DNA from: Podarcis vaucheri
Taxonomy: Eukaryota
Assembly: GCA_965113315.1 (NCBI GenBank)
Contig: OZ220365.1
DNA: 64,000 nucleotides
Direction: 5' to 3' (one strand)
Below, piece after piece: positions 12,150 to 24,075 of the stretch (position 1 is the stretch's first letter; each line of letters begins with the position of its first letter). Below the pieces are notes generated by a model. That model saw only the letters and a list, made by a program, of their open reading frames with translations, was not told the DNA's origin and searched no databases. The position numbers were made by a program, and so were the translations under genes.

Positions 12150-13950
12150 CCGCTATCCAATCTGTGTGAGGCTTGGCATCTGCTCTAATTCGCTTCCCTC
12201 TTCCCCTCCCCCCTCGCCCAGCCTGAGGTAGCAAAAACTGACAGCGAAGCCGACGAAATTCTCGTCTGCGCGCTTCGACGCTGCGAGTTTTCGGCGGCGC
12301 CCGGCTACCCATTCTGGCCGGGACGAAGGCCGGGAGGGGAGCCAGGCGGCGGCGCGGCGGCCCCGAAGGGAAGCCGCGCTTCTCCCGGCGGGCCCTCTCC
12401 GAAAGCCGCGCGTCTGCTGGCGGGCCGTCCTCTGGCAGCACCTGCGCCGCTCCCGGCGGGCGGCTGGCAGCCCCGCGGGAGTGGGCGGAGGGCAGCCTCG
12501 CTCGCTTGGCGGGAACAGGGAGGACGAGGCTGCCTGCTGCCGGCTCCCTCCGAGACCGGAGAAGGGGGAGAGGCGGAGAAGAAGCTGTGGCGGCGGCAGC
12601 TGCTGCCGTGACTCGACCCCAAGCAGCGGGGAGCCGAGAGAGGAGCTGCTGCGTGCAAACATCGCCACAGGGACAGCAGAGGAGGGGGCTCCGGTTTATG
12701 TGAGGACTGAGGAACAACACACACACACACACAGCCGTAAGGCAACGGGCGATGTTGGCGGCTGTTTCCCAAAGGCGACGGGAGGGCCAATTTGCCGCCA
12801 GAAATTCGAGAGAGTTTGTACGCCGCCTCGGGAACTGAGGGCAAGAATGTGCTTCAGCCCCACCTTCGCCGCCGCCACCTCGCGCTCTGCCCGCCGCTTG
12901 CCCTCCTCACAAGCGAAGCTGACTGGAAGTGAAGGGACGCGGGTTGCTGCTGGTGGTGGTGGTCGCGCTGTGCTTGCGCCGCGGGAGCGAGCTCTGCCGC
13001 TGCTGCTGCTGCTCCGGCTGCCGCACCTGGCCTGGGCCGCTGGGGGATGTGCAGCAAACGCCGCCTCCTGAACTCCACTACTTCTCCCGCGCGCTCTACG
13101 GCTCCGGCTGCTGCCCGCGGTCTCTCTCTCTCTCTCTCTGCCTCCGTCGCCCAGGCGCTGCCCGGTTTGGCGGGGAAGACGCCAAGGAGACTTCTTGCTG
13201 GCGAAGGATAAGCGCCAAGCGGTGCCATAGCCGGAGCTAGGAAGGAGGAGAAGCGAATCCCGAAGAGGAGGCGGGGGAGCGGGCAGGCGGAGAGCAGGAG
13301 TGGAGCGGGCATCTCCCTCCCTCCCTCTCTCCCTCCCTCCCCGCCCTCCGTCAGCAGGACTTTGGGCTGCTGGGCTGGAGCTGCCTTGCCATCGCGGAGG
13401 AGAGCCCTGCGCGTGAGTATGGAGCTCAGCGAAGGGGCTTGGGGACTGTGCCGCCTTCTGGCGCGGCTCGGGCACTTTGGGGTTCTCCTCGGCTCGAAGG
13501 TTAGGGACACACTTTGGGGTGGGTGGGTGCATGCATGTGTATGTATACGTGGGCACGCGCGCGCGCGTGTTTGGCGTGCAAAGGGGCGCCTCTCTGCTTC
13601 TCTTCCTGGTGCAGTTTTGCGAAGGCACACGCGCGCACACACTCCTTCTCCCTCTCTCTCTGCAGTGCATTGTTCGGGAGGCTGCTGGAGGCTGCCATCC
13701 TGCGTGTGCGCACTTACCTGGGAGTAAGTCCCATTGTGTTCCAATGTGGGGATGCCTCCGCGCTCTGGCTCCGCCGGGCAGCTCTGGGGGTTGCTGAGGG
13801 CGCTGTGGAAGGGGCGGGCGGGCTCTGTGCATTGTTGGGGTGAGGATCTGTGGCAGAGATCGGTGGGAAAGGGGCTTGGCAACCACTTAGGAGGGTAGGG
13901 CTTGGTGTGCGCCCTGCCCCGGAGACTTGGCTCTGACGGAGAAGCAGAGA
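12150..13950. promoter_or_regulatory. CpG island / promoter of an unidentified gene, probably transcribed on +
   Basis: Abrupt GC- and CpG-rich block in a CpG-depleted background; GC boxes; CCAAT at 12157 and 12787; AP-1 tgagtca at 12074; splice donors at 12737 and 13413. Confidence 0.9.
12930..13412 (+). other. Putative non-coding first exon (start uncertain)
   Basis: Lies in the CpG island and ends at a strong donor cgc|gtgagt (13413); no convincing protein ORF. Confidence 0.5.
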
Positions 13951-16489
13951 TGCCATTGCCAGGCTGGGCTATGGCAGCGAGAGAGTCACCTGGGAAAGGT
14001 GAGGTTTGTCCAAGTACAAGCTATTAAGCTCCCACATTGGGAAAGGCAGTACCACCTCCTGCCATCCGGGTGCATTCCTCCTCGGATCTCCTCCTGTTCC
14101 GAGTTCTCGCTCTCCTGTGGGCATTTCTGCACTTGGACCAAGGAAGCATCGGGTATGAAAACTCATCAACTCCTTCCCTCCCCCTCTTCCTCCCATCCCA
14201 TCTCTTTTCATCGCGTGCTTTAATAGCTGGCCGTAATTGTGAAATATGGATCCCTTAAGGGAAGCCTTAATATTTGCAAAATGTTTTTATATCAAATTAG
14301 TGTCTGGCTTCATTTAACCAGGGATATGTTTTGGATTTTTTTGTTCTTTTGCATTGTAACTTCTTCAAGATTTATGATAGTTCTGGCTTGACAAATGTCA
14401 AGAGGCATTTGGCTAGATGGGGGAAGCACTGGGGAGCGTCCCCCCACCCCAATTTCTTTTACACTGCTTGGCATGATTTGTGTGAAACATATAAAGCCGG
14501 TAATTGCTGGAGACTTTTTAATGGATTTTGCTAAGCGATTTCAATATTTCTCTTTAATTTTAGTGGCAAGTGCTTTGACAATAATGTCCTTTTGAGTTTC
14601 ACTTGAAAAGCTTATTCTTTCTGTTGTGGAATTGAGCAGTGTAAAGCATATGGATTTCATTGGGTAAAAGCACTGGGGCCATGTTAAATGCTTTCTAAGG
14701 AGAAAAGACAAGGATGGGCTGGAAAGTAGTCTGATACAAGGTATTAGTGCAAGTTTCAAAATCAGGGTAAATGTAGGAAGATTAAAGCACTTTGAGTTGT
14801 CGTGGCCACAATATAGAAACAACTTTCCTAAAGGCAAGCTAAGGGATACTACTCTGGACTAAGCAGTTAATGGATTGGAGGCAATGCACCTTGTATTTAT
14901 CCTGCAAATTTCTTTTATTTGTCAAATATGGGGAAAGTGAAATGATTTTCATTGTACACTCTTTGTTGTGTCTGCATAGGCAACTTCAGAGATCAGATTC
15001 CCAGGACAGCCTTTGGATATATAAAATTGTTCCTAACTGGAGGCCTTACCCACTGTTCCTAGTCTGCCCAGAATAGTTTGGGGCAGGGGGAGGCAACATG
15101 GAACTATTGATCACTTAAATCAGCTTGTCAGCCATTAACACTTCTGCTTCAGATAAGGCAGGATGTCACCTGTACTTCATGATATGTTTTCCCAATTTAA
15201 CTTCATTGCAAGGTATTAATAAACGCTTGATGATTTTGTAGACAACTGTGAGAAACATTTTAGTAATGCAAGACACTAGACTGCAAAAAGAGACTATTCT
15301 TATAGAGACTATTCTTCTGTTTTATTTTCTCATGGTCTTCCTTGATAATAAGCCAAGTGAGATAGCATTCTCTGTGTGTAAAGCTTAAAAGTACTCAGTG
15401 CAGCAGTCTTGAGGAGTTGACATCTAGTTGTTTGGAACAACATATCATATATGTGTGCATCGGAATTTTCAGTTTATAACTGCTGTTTTACTCAAAAAGA
15501 AATAAAATATGGAAGTGGATGACTGCAGCAAACTTTAACTGTATAAGAAGGAAAATAATTTCCCCAATGCCATACTGAAATACCTTATAGCTAAGAATTT
15601 TTCTTTGGGCTATCAGCCTAAAGCTGCTTCTTTCCGTAAGATGAGTATGTGGTACCAGTTTATAAATGCACCACAGTAAAGGATTCAAATAGCACTTGGC
15701 CAACAGAGTGACCAATGACTTGAAATATATCTTTCTTGAGAGAATTTTTCAAAAAGCGTTTGAAAGGCTAGATGGTGCGTGAAAATATTTGAACATTCTT
15801 ATGATGTCATTCTAAGCATTCTAAGCAAGCTAATACATTATAAGACTACTTTTGTATGGGCATATTATAGTGATATGTCTTGGTACAGTCCATCGTTTAA
15901 GGATCTGAGTGTTAAATGCTTTGGCTTGGATCCACAAGGGTTACTGTGAGGCAAGCTCAACAAATGCAGTAGGACTTCTGAGAAACCTACATTTGAGCAT
16001 CACCTCTTTTTGCAAAAACCACTTTCAAAACTCAGGATTTTTTGAAAGTAGCTTGCAACAGAACACAAGAACAACTGCATTTGAAGAGAAAACAGGGAAA
16101 CACCAATGCACATAGAAGTGCACAATGTCCTCTTGGGATCTTAATTGGATGCTGGAATCATTGTAAGTCTTGCTGTCAGGGCAAAACCACTGCATAGACC
16201 ATGACATTTTATGAATTGAATATGGCATTCAAAAGAAAGGTTACAATATTATTTGAAGAGTACAATAATATCTAAACACGTCTGAATATGTGGGGGGGGG
16301 GTAGAAGAAGGAAATAGCATAAAAGCATGGACTTCCAAAACATTATTCAGCAGAATACTGCTTTGGTAGGGTGTGTGTTTGTGTAGGCACATACATGTGT
16401 GTGTATGCACAGTATTGCATCTTTGATTGCTATGCCATATCACATAGTGTTTTGAACACAAGAAATGTTTAATAGTGCACCATTTGTTT

Positions 16490-16745
16490 ATTTATTTTCT
16501 TACATTTATATCTTGCCTTTCTTCCACAATGGAACCCCAGGTGGTATGCATGTGTTTCTGGTATCTGAAGAAGTGTGCATGCACACAGAAGCTCATACCA
16601 ATAACAAACTTAGTTGGTATCTAAGGTGCTATTGGAAGGAATTTTTTTATTTTGTTTCTGAAGTGATCACCTTTCAGGCACTGACTACACTCAGTTCTGC
16701 TTAGTTTCAGCAAGGTGATGGCCTCACGTGCCTTCAGAACATAAT
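16490..16745 (-). mobile_element. Probable 5S rRNA-derived SINE relic, interrupted by a Penelope fragment
   Basis: aagtgatcacctttcaggcactgactacactcagttctgcttagtttc resembles the reverse complement of 5S (aggcggtctcccatccaagtactaaccaggcccgaccctgcttagcttc); AT-rich tail at ~16490. Confidence 0.4.
16561..16652 (+). mobile_element. Penelope-like element fragment with degenerate hammerhead motif
   Basis: Homologous to 52441-52590; flanked by direct repeat tgtttctg (16553-16560, 16653-16660); core GAAA reads AGAA. Confidence 0.75.
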
Positions 16746-19700
16746 AATAAAACACTGTTGTGTCTTAGAGAAAAGTTTCAGGCTTTTGAGATTTTTAAAA
16801 AATATGCACCAGAAAATCTGGATATATCTGTGAACACGGATTGGAATTGACTATGCATACAGAAGGCTCCCCAGGAAACTTAACTAAAGAGGACCATGGG
16901 TTACCATTTCTTTTCTTTTCATTTGCTACTTGGAGAACATACCAGAATAGAAAACCCATTTGAGCAGGGTTTCTGCATTAGTGTCTAACACAAGGGCCTT
17001 TTCAGCAAAATCCATGTGGAGTTTCCATTCTTACGTAACACTTGCCATATGTCTTCCTTCGTGACAATAATTTCAAATTAATCCTGAAGAGATAAAATTG
17101 TTGTGGGAAAGACACCTACCAGTGAAATTGTTTATACAATGTTCTCAAAGCCTTTGGATCCTCAGGAAAATTCTCAAGTACAAACCGGTACCAGTGTAGC
17201 ATGGTGTAAACTTTAATGGACCAAATAAAGTACAGGGTGGTGTTCTTGATTTATAAAAGTAGGTTAATTGAAGGAAGAAAAGGTTGACACAACCAAGCTG
17301 ATATGACCAATCTGATATGACCCAGGAGGCATATCAGATATTTGAGTTTGTATTACTTGGGTAAATACATTAAACTGTAAATAAAGAAATAAATCCCTTA
17401 ATTTCTGTAGTAGACATTGTTCTTTGACATTGTCACTGTTTCTGTGGGTTGTATGTGCAGTAGGCTGTTTTGCTAGTGGGAAGTGATCTAGGTTTTTATT
17501 TGGTAGGAATTAGATTAAGTATTTTCTCCGTTATTGTTTGAAAACAGAGGTGATCAATCCATATTTTTCCTGGTAAAGAAGAAATATATCCATTCAAATT
17601 GCAGCAATAAAGCCTCGCAACTTAATGGCTGGAATAATCTTGAATAATTGTGTGCATTTGTTGTAGTCTCAAAGGACAGTCATAAATACAGTGGTTATAC
17701 AGCATTTTAGTAGAGACTTTGGCAAGACATATAGCTGGGAATTACAATTTATCAAATCTGTGAAGGATCTGTATATACAATGAAGTTTTTGGTACAAACC
17801 AAGGCCTTTAAGTGTTAGTTGCTATGTAAAATAAAGATGCTATGTGCGCTTTTGCTTCTGAAAGAAATGCAGCAGTGATTAATAGTTGTAAGCTGTGCAG
17901 ATACAGGCAAAGATGGCAAGAATACATTGCTACCCAGGGTAGGTTTTGCTATATATTCAGTGTGAGCAAATGTTGTTTGTGACTCCACATAGGATAGCCA
18001 TACACTGCAAATTGTCTTTGTACTGCCTAATATTTTAAAGGAGCATTTATTGGGGAGTGTACTGAGTATCACATAAGACTATACAAATAATATTGTTAAT
18101 GCATGCCCAGATGGTAACTTCCCATGCTTGTGGGTTTTATGCTTCTGCCCCAAACCAGAAATGTTATAAGTGAATGAAGCAGGTTACTGTGTTCAAAATA
18201 CAGTCTATTGTGGTCACCCAGTGCCACCTTCTGTAGTGGGGAGTCCATGTGGAACCAGTGTGGGATGAAGTTGCAGAAGTATAAGTAAGGTTGTGATGGG
18301 GCATTCTATGAACTCACTCTTAGAATGGATGGTGGGGTTGCTTTTATTTTACTTTCTCTTTCATGTTTGCCACAAATTTGATTTTTTATTATTTGGGTTT
18401 GTGCTAGGAACACTTTGAGGTCTGGAACTTGACTGTAACAATTATTTTTGAATTGCACTTATGAAACAAAGAATTAGTCAAAGTAAAAGGAAACAAATTG
18501 AATGTTCCCACCCCCTGAAAATACCTTTCTATTTAAGATAACTCCATTTGAATTAGCTTGTTTATTGGTATAATTAACACAAGAAGAATTAGCTCTTAAG
18601 GCATGCTTTCTAATTACAGTTTATACTTGTACCTACATTTTCATTAGAACTAGGATGGACTGAAATGTGGAAGACTGAAATCAGACAGCTGTTAGGCAAC
18701 ACTTTATTTTCACAGAGAGATAAATTGCATTGTCATGCAGATGTATTCCAAGACCTCAGCAGGCCTAATTCTATGCACAAATGTAGCACATATAATTACA
18801 TTTTCTGAATGGAGTAAAGTTCCTATTATAAAGGAACTTAACTCCACAAGAAGGTTCATATTGTTAAGTTCATATTAAGTATAATTTGTATAGAAGTTTC
18901 AACTTTTTTAAGTGTCAGAGACAGGCACAATAAATGCAACTAGTCTCCATACAGATCACAGAAGGTACTGTGCAGCAGCAGCATGCTGAAAAGCTCCCCG
19001 CCCCACACTATATCATAGATAATGTAAGAATTATCCTTGTTTGTACCTGTATTGACTGGATGAAATTATTGGGTTGTACCCAGTGCCCCACATGCATGGT
19101 ATCACTGGCACAGCAGGACTTCCTTGAGGGAGCAGAGGGGCTAGAAGTATCAGGAAAGGAAGAGGACAGGGAAGTTGGTTTTGCCACCAGTGGAGCCTCA
19201 GCATTGGATACGGCCCATTGAGTGTGAGCTAAATTCAGATCTCACAGCTTTCTGGAGTATAGTCAAAGAATTCTGCGTTAACTATAAGACAACTCTGGGG
19301 TCGCTGCTTATTGGGGTTCCTACTTGGTGCCATCATGTGGTGAAAGGGAAAGGAGTGGGTTGTATTCTATTGTCCACAGCCTGTGACTTTCTGGTCGAGT
19401 TTACTGCTGCAATCCAGACCTTGCCTTGGATGTCAATTTGGTGTGACAGGTGGTTGCTAGGATGCAGGTCTTTAGGACACACCTGAGGGAGAACCTTCCA
19501 CATCTGGTCTATACTAAGACAGTAATAGGAGACCACCCCTCCCCCTCCCCATTACTGTGGGTCTGAGATTCTGGCAACTCACATCAAATTCTGACATTCA
19601 GGTTGTGGTGGAAGTATCAGCCAGGAATCAGGCAGCTTGTTGACTGGATCCCTGCCCTCTATCACACCTAACACTGTGAGCTGCAAGAAATTTAGTTGGG

Positions 19701-20440
19701 GCCATTTGGAATCTACTTCAACCTACGTGTAGTCATATGCTTCTGCACCCAACTCCACACTGCTGGAACGCTAAAAGCAGTTGTCCACATGAGACTGAAA
19801 AGGGGTTCAGTCACTTTTTTGGGGTAACTTAGAGATTGAGATGGCATGCTTTATTAGGTTTATTGAAGAGAAGCGCAAGCGCTGATCTATTTGTGAAGGT
19901 AGTTGAATACTGAAACAACAAATGCAGTTGACGTGTTCTTGAATAGTACGTCATTTTAATTAGCACACTCAGCTGTAACAAAAGGGCAAGACAGATAATT
20001 TTGAAGTGGAATATTGTTGTGCAAGATCATTGGGCTATATCATTATCACTGTTACCTCCTCAGATCTATAGTTGTAATCCTACCCCTGGTTATGCAGAAT
20101 AGGCTACATACTCTTTCCATGGGTTGCATAAAGCAGAGAAACTATTGTTTGGAAATGAAAGTCTTTTGGTGACATGTCCAGTGACAGCACAGCCTTATAC
20201 TTTAGTGATTCCATGTACATCCTTACTGAGAAGTCCCTTTTCTTCAGTAGCTGGAAACAATCAAATTGGGCCTACAGTTGTATCTTTCCTTACTAATTCT
20301 TTAAACAGGAATGCTGGAGCCCTCAACGATAATGCTAATGGAGCATAATTTAGGGGTGTTTTTTTGAATATATACATTGTACAGTGTGGAAGTTGAATGA
20401 TGTATGAAGGATTATGTTACTGTGACTCAGCTGTATAGAA

Positions 20441-20458
20441 TGTGCCATCTCTTGGCAG
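20441..20458 (-). promoter_or_regulatory. Candidate CTCF site
   Basis: Minus strand tgccaagagatggcaca resembles the CTCF core; AP-1 tgactca at 20423. Confidence 0.4.
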
Positions 20459-21750
20459 TCCACTGAAGGTAGAACAGTCAAATTCCTGCCTCTTCCCTGG
20501 CCTGGTGCAAAAAGGATTTGGATTGCAGGTGAAAGTAGACATTTTACCAGAACAGCATCGACTGATGAAAGAAAATAAAGTTTCTGAGTATTGAATTCGT
20601 TCATTTAAAACATTAAGTGCTCAGCTAAACAAAAGCATTTTAGCAGCATGCCTGCAGGCAAAACTTTCAGATCTGACAAAACTCAGATTATAACAGAGGA
20701 GGGGTCATAAATGAAAATGCTCTATTAGCTTCTGCAGACCTTTACACCTGGATGGCACGTACAACAGAGACTTCATCAGCAACCATTTGAGGTGTATCAT
20801 TGTTATTTCCAAAGTAAAAATGGGAGATTTGGCTATTCAGTGAGTCTGTGGCCAAGACAGAATTTGACATTTTCAGCTCAGTGTTTTTGTTTGTTTGTCT
20901 GTATCCACCGGGACACACTGGCTTTCATGGGAGAATGCTCACTGCTAATTAACACATATGAATCGATTTCATGTTCATACTGTTTACAAAGTAGATCTCT
21001 CTTACACTTTCTTGCAGTGGACATTTTTATTACTTAAGAGAAATACCAAGAAGGACTGAGTTGTTGTTTTTGCTGTTCCTTCTACAGCAAAAAAGTTGCA
21101 AACCTAAAAACAGTGGGAGTTTGCGTCTGGTGTCATTCTTCCCAAAGATTCTGCTTTCCCCCACTTACTGAGTGACTTACAGCTGAAAGTGCTCCCACAT
21201 TAGCTGAGAGAACACCATGTGCAGGTCTGCAAGACTGGTCAAGAGTTGTAAAGGGACAAGACTGAGCACAGTCACAACACCTTATCTGTGCATCTGTTTC
21301 TGATGGTTACAGGTACAGATGCAAGTTGGCAAAAAAACATTGAAGCAAATTTTGCTTTATTCTTGGCAAATATAGCAACTGCATATTCATATCCTATTAG
21401 TGAATTCCTAATTTGCAGTTTTTGACTGTAAAAGTGGTGTGAATTAAGCAGTAGCCTCTGAACTTCAACAAGAGTAACCACCTTAGAGTACAACCAAACA
21501 GCTTTAATACTGATAATTATGGGCAACCTTAGCAAAGTTTATAAAACTAGATGATAACATTTGGTTTAGTGGTGAGACAACTACAGACATTCTTGGAAGA
21601 CACAGATTATTTAGACCTGTTCTAACCTGAGGTCAGGCCTGGTTTCAGTGAAACTCAAGCCTTGTAGCTTTCAGTGCAACTCAGTCATGATGTCAAACTT
21701 GCAAAGTACCCAGATTATTAGAAAAGTTTGAGGGTGAGATCCAGTGTTAG

Positions 21751-21961
21751 CAGAGGCGCCAGCTTCTCAAGATGATTGAGGGGGCCTGATGTGACATCCT
21801 GATGTCATATGCACAATATTATGAGTAGCCAGGGGGCAGAACCAAATGCCCTCTGAATATTGTGGGGGACTGGCTTACTAAAACAAAACAACAAAACAAA
21901 ACACACCAAAAAAATATTGCTGGGCCGAAAGTGCCTCAACCCCTAGGAGCTGGTGCATATG
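21751..21961. mobile_element. hAT MITE
   Basis: cagaggcgccagct ... agctggtgcatatg; TSD agtgttag / aatgttag. Confidence 0.7.
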
Positions 21962-22320
21962 AATGTTAGTCATATTCACCGCATGAGTTTGTTGGATATC
22001 TCTCTGATATAATTATGTCTCTTGCACAATACAAAGGACACAATGTCTCTCTTCTAATAGTAGCAAGAGCTCTGGCAGATAATAAGCCCAGTTACACCTC
22101 TGCTACACAGCATAATACTACTGATTCAAAGTAATGGTATTATAATCAGTAACAAAAATGAGTTTGTATCACCGCTCACACCAAAGAGCTTTAATTACTT
22201 ATTAGCCCTATATGACATTTAATTAAATAAATGCTAAAAATAACATTTGCATAATCAATGTGACCACTAATATTTATTAAATGTAACAATTGTGTAATCT
22301 CATTAGTATTTGAATATATT

Positions 22321-22680
22321 AAAGGTAAAGGTACCCCTGACCATTAGGTCCAGTCGCAGATGACTCTGGGGTTGCGCGCTCATCTCGCTCTATAGGGCAA
22401 GGGAACTGGTGTTTGTCCACAGACAGCTTCTGGATCATGTGGCCAGCATGACTAAGCCGCTTCTGGCAAACCAGAGCAGCGCACAGAAACACTGTTTACC
22501 TTCCGTCCTGAGCGGTACCTATTTATCTACTTGCACTCTGATGTGCTTTCAAACTGCTAGGTGGGCAGGAGCTGGGACCGAACAACGGGAGCTCACCCCA
22601 TTACAGGGATTCGAACTGCAGACTTTCCGATCAGCAAGCCCTAGGCTCTGTGGTTTAGACCACAGCACCATCCACGCCCC
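22321..22680 (-). mobile_element. Sauria SINE, full length
   Basis: Colinear with 2859-3244; TSD tatttgaatat(a/g)tt at 22307-22320 and 22681-22694. Confidence 0.92.
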
Positions 22681-22695
22681 TATTTGAATATGTTA

Positions 22696-22838
22696 GTATA
22701 GGTGGTGATGCTGATCATTTAACAAAGTTATGTATAGATTGCCTTATAAATGAATGCAAAAAAAGAGAATATGTTAGTATTCATTTATAAGGTAATCTAT
22801 ACATAACTTTGTTAAATGATCAGCATCACCACATATAC
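22696..22838. repeat. 60-bp-arm inverted repeat (hairpin)
   Basis: 22696-22755 is the reverse complement of 22779-22838 with 2 mismatches. Confidence 0.95.
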
Positions 22839-23854
22839 AATCAAAGTTGGCATTGGAAAAATTAGTTTGAGGGAGCACTCAGATAATTAGGACAATGTAG
22901 AATAATTATTTTGTAGGAATAAAAAGATGGCAAACACTATCATTAACTACGGGAATACCTCTATTATTTTACGTGGTTTCTTAATAGACAATTTTTAGGA
23001 TCCTTATATTCTCACTTAAGATGTATATGATTGTGACAAAACAGAAAAATGGAAAATGGGTAATTTTCTAAAGATAAACCTATGACTTGTTGTACCCTTA
23101 AGCATTATCTTTGTGAATAATACAGTGACTCAGTTTAGCTCTAGAAAAAGCTAGAGCGTGCTAAAAAAAATCAAATAGTGTACCAATGTAATTGATTCCA
23201 CCTCTTTCATATCACTGTAGTTTTCTTTTTCTTTTGAAGTAATAGCGGAAGATAAGAACAATACTTTATTTTAATTTTTTGCCCCCTGAGGCTGTGATCT
23301 TAAGCACACCATTTGGAAGCAAGTTTTGTTGATATGGTAGAACATCCTTCATAGGAAATGCATTGAGGATTAAGGTACAAAGAAACAAACTGAGAGAAAA
23401 TTGAACTACTTTAAGTGAAAACAGTCTTGAGCAAAGAGTCCCATTAACATTGATCTGAAATTTACTGAGCAATTATAATTTTAGGACACGTACAAAAGGG
23501 TTTGCCATTCATCCTGCTCTGCAGGAAAGAAAGTGCCTCCATCCAAATGTCACTTTGATCCTCACTCAACCAAGGGTACATCCCTGGGTGAATTAACTGT
23601 TAACTAATCAGGCAACGTAGTTCTGACAGGAGATATCTGTTCTTTATGCAGCAACCTATTTGAAAAGTTATGGCTGAGTGGTGCTTATCTGTCCTTTATA
23701 TTTAGTGTGCATGTTACTTGATTTTGGGAAGGAGACCTCTGCTGTGTTTAACATTAATAAAAATTATGGTAGCTAGTAAAAATCTTGATTCATCTATTTT
23801 GACTGCATTTTCTATTTGCCATGTTAGTCAGCTCAAATACATCCTAGTACAGTT

Positions 23855-24075
23855 TGTTATTATATTTATGGTCTGTCCTTCCTCCAGTGGGCTCAGGGTT
23901 TCACACATGGCTCTTCCCAGTCAACTAACTACCCCCCATTTCATTAGCACAACAACCCCATATGGTTGGCTAGAAAGAGAAATAGTGGCTGGCCCAAGCT
24001 CCATGCAGCAAGCTTTGTGGCTGGGGACGTATTTGACCCCAGATCTCTCTGGCAATAGTTTGACAAATCCAACAA
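23855..24075 (-). mobile_element. Degenerate MIR/CORE-like SINE
   Basis: cacaacaaccc..ggctggcccaag..agctttgtggctg..atttgaccc, similar to 5497-5670 and 29885-30065. Confidence 0.6.

Noticed and set aside
12655-12680. REST/NRSE-like cacagggacagc
   Set aside because: Only the right half-site matches; the TTCAGCACC half is absent.
12112-13956. Long overlapping ORFs (171-396 aa) on both strands
   Set aside because: Low-complexity Arg/Pro/Ala/Gly translations in several frames reflect stop-codon depletion in a CpG island; no recognisable domain.
16661-16715. 5S rRNA gene
   Set aside because: Partial and heavily diverged; at most a SINE head.
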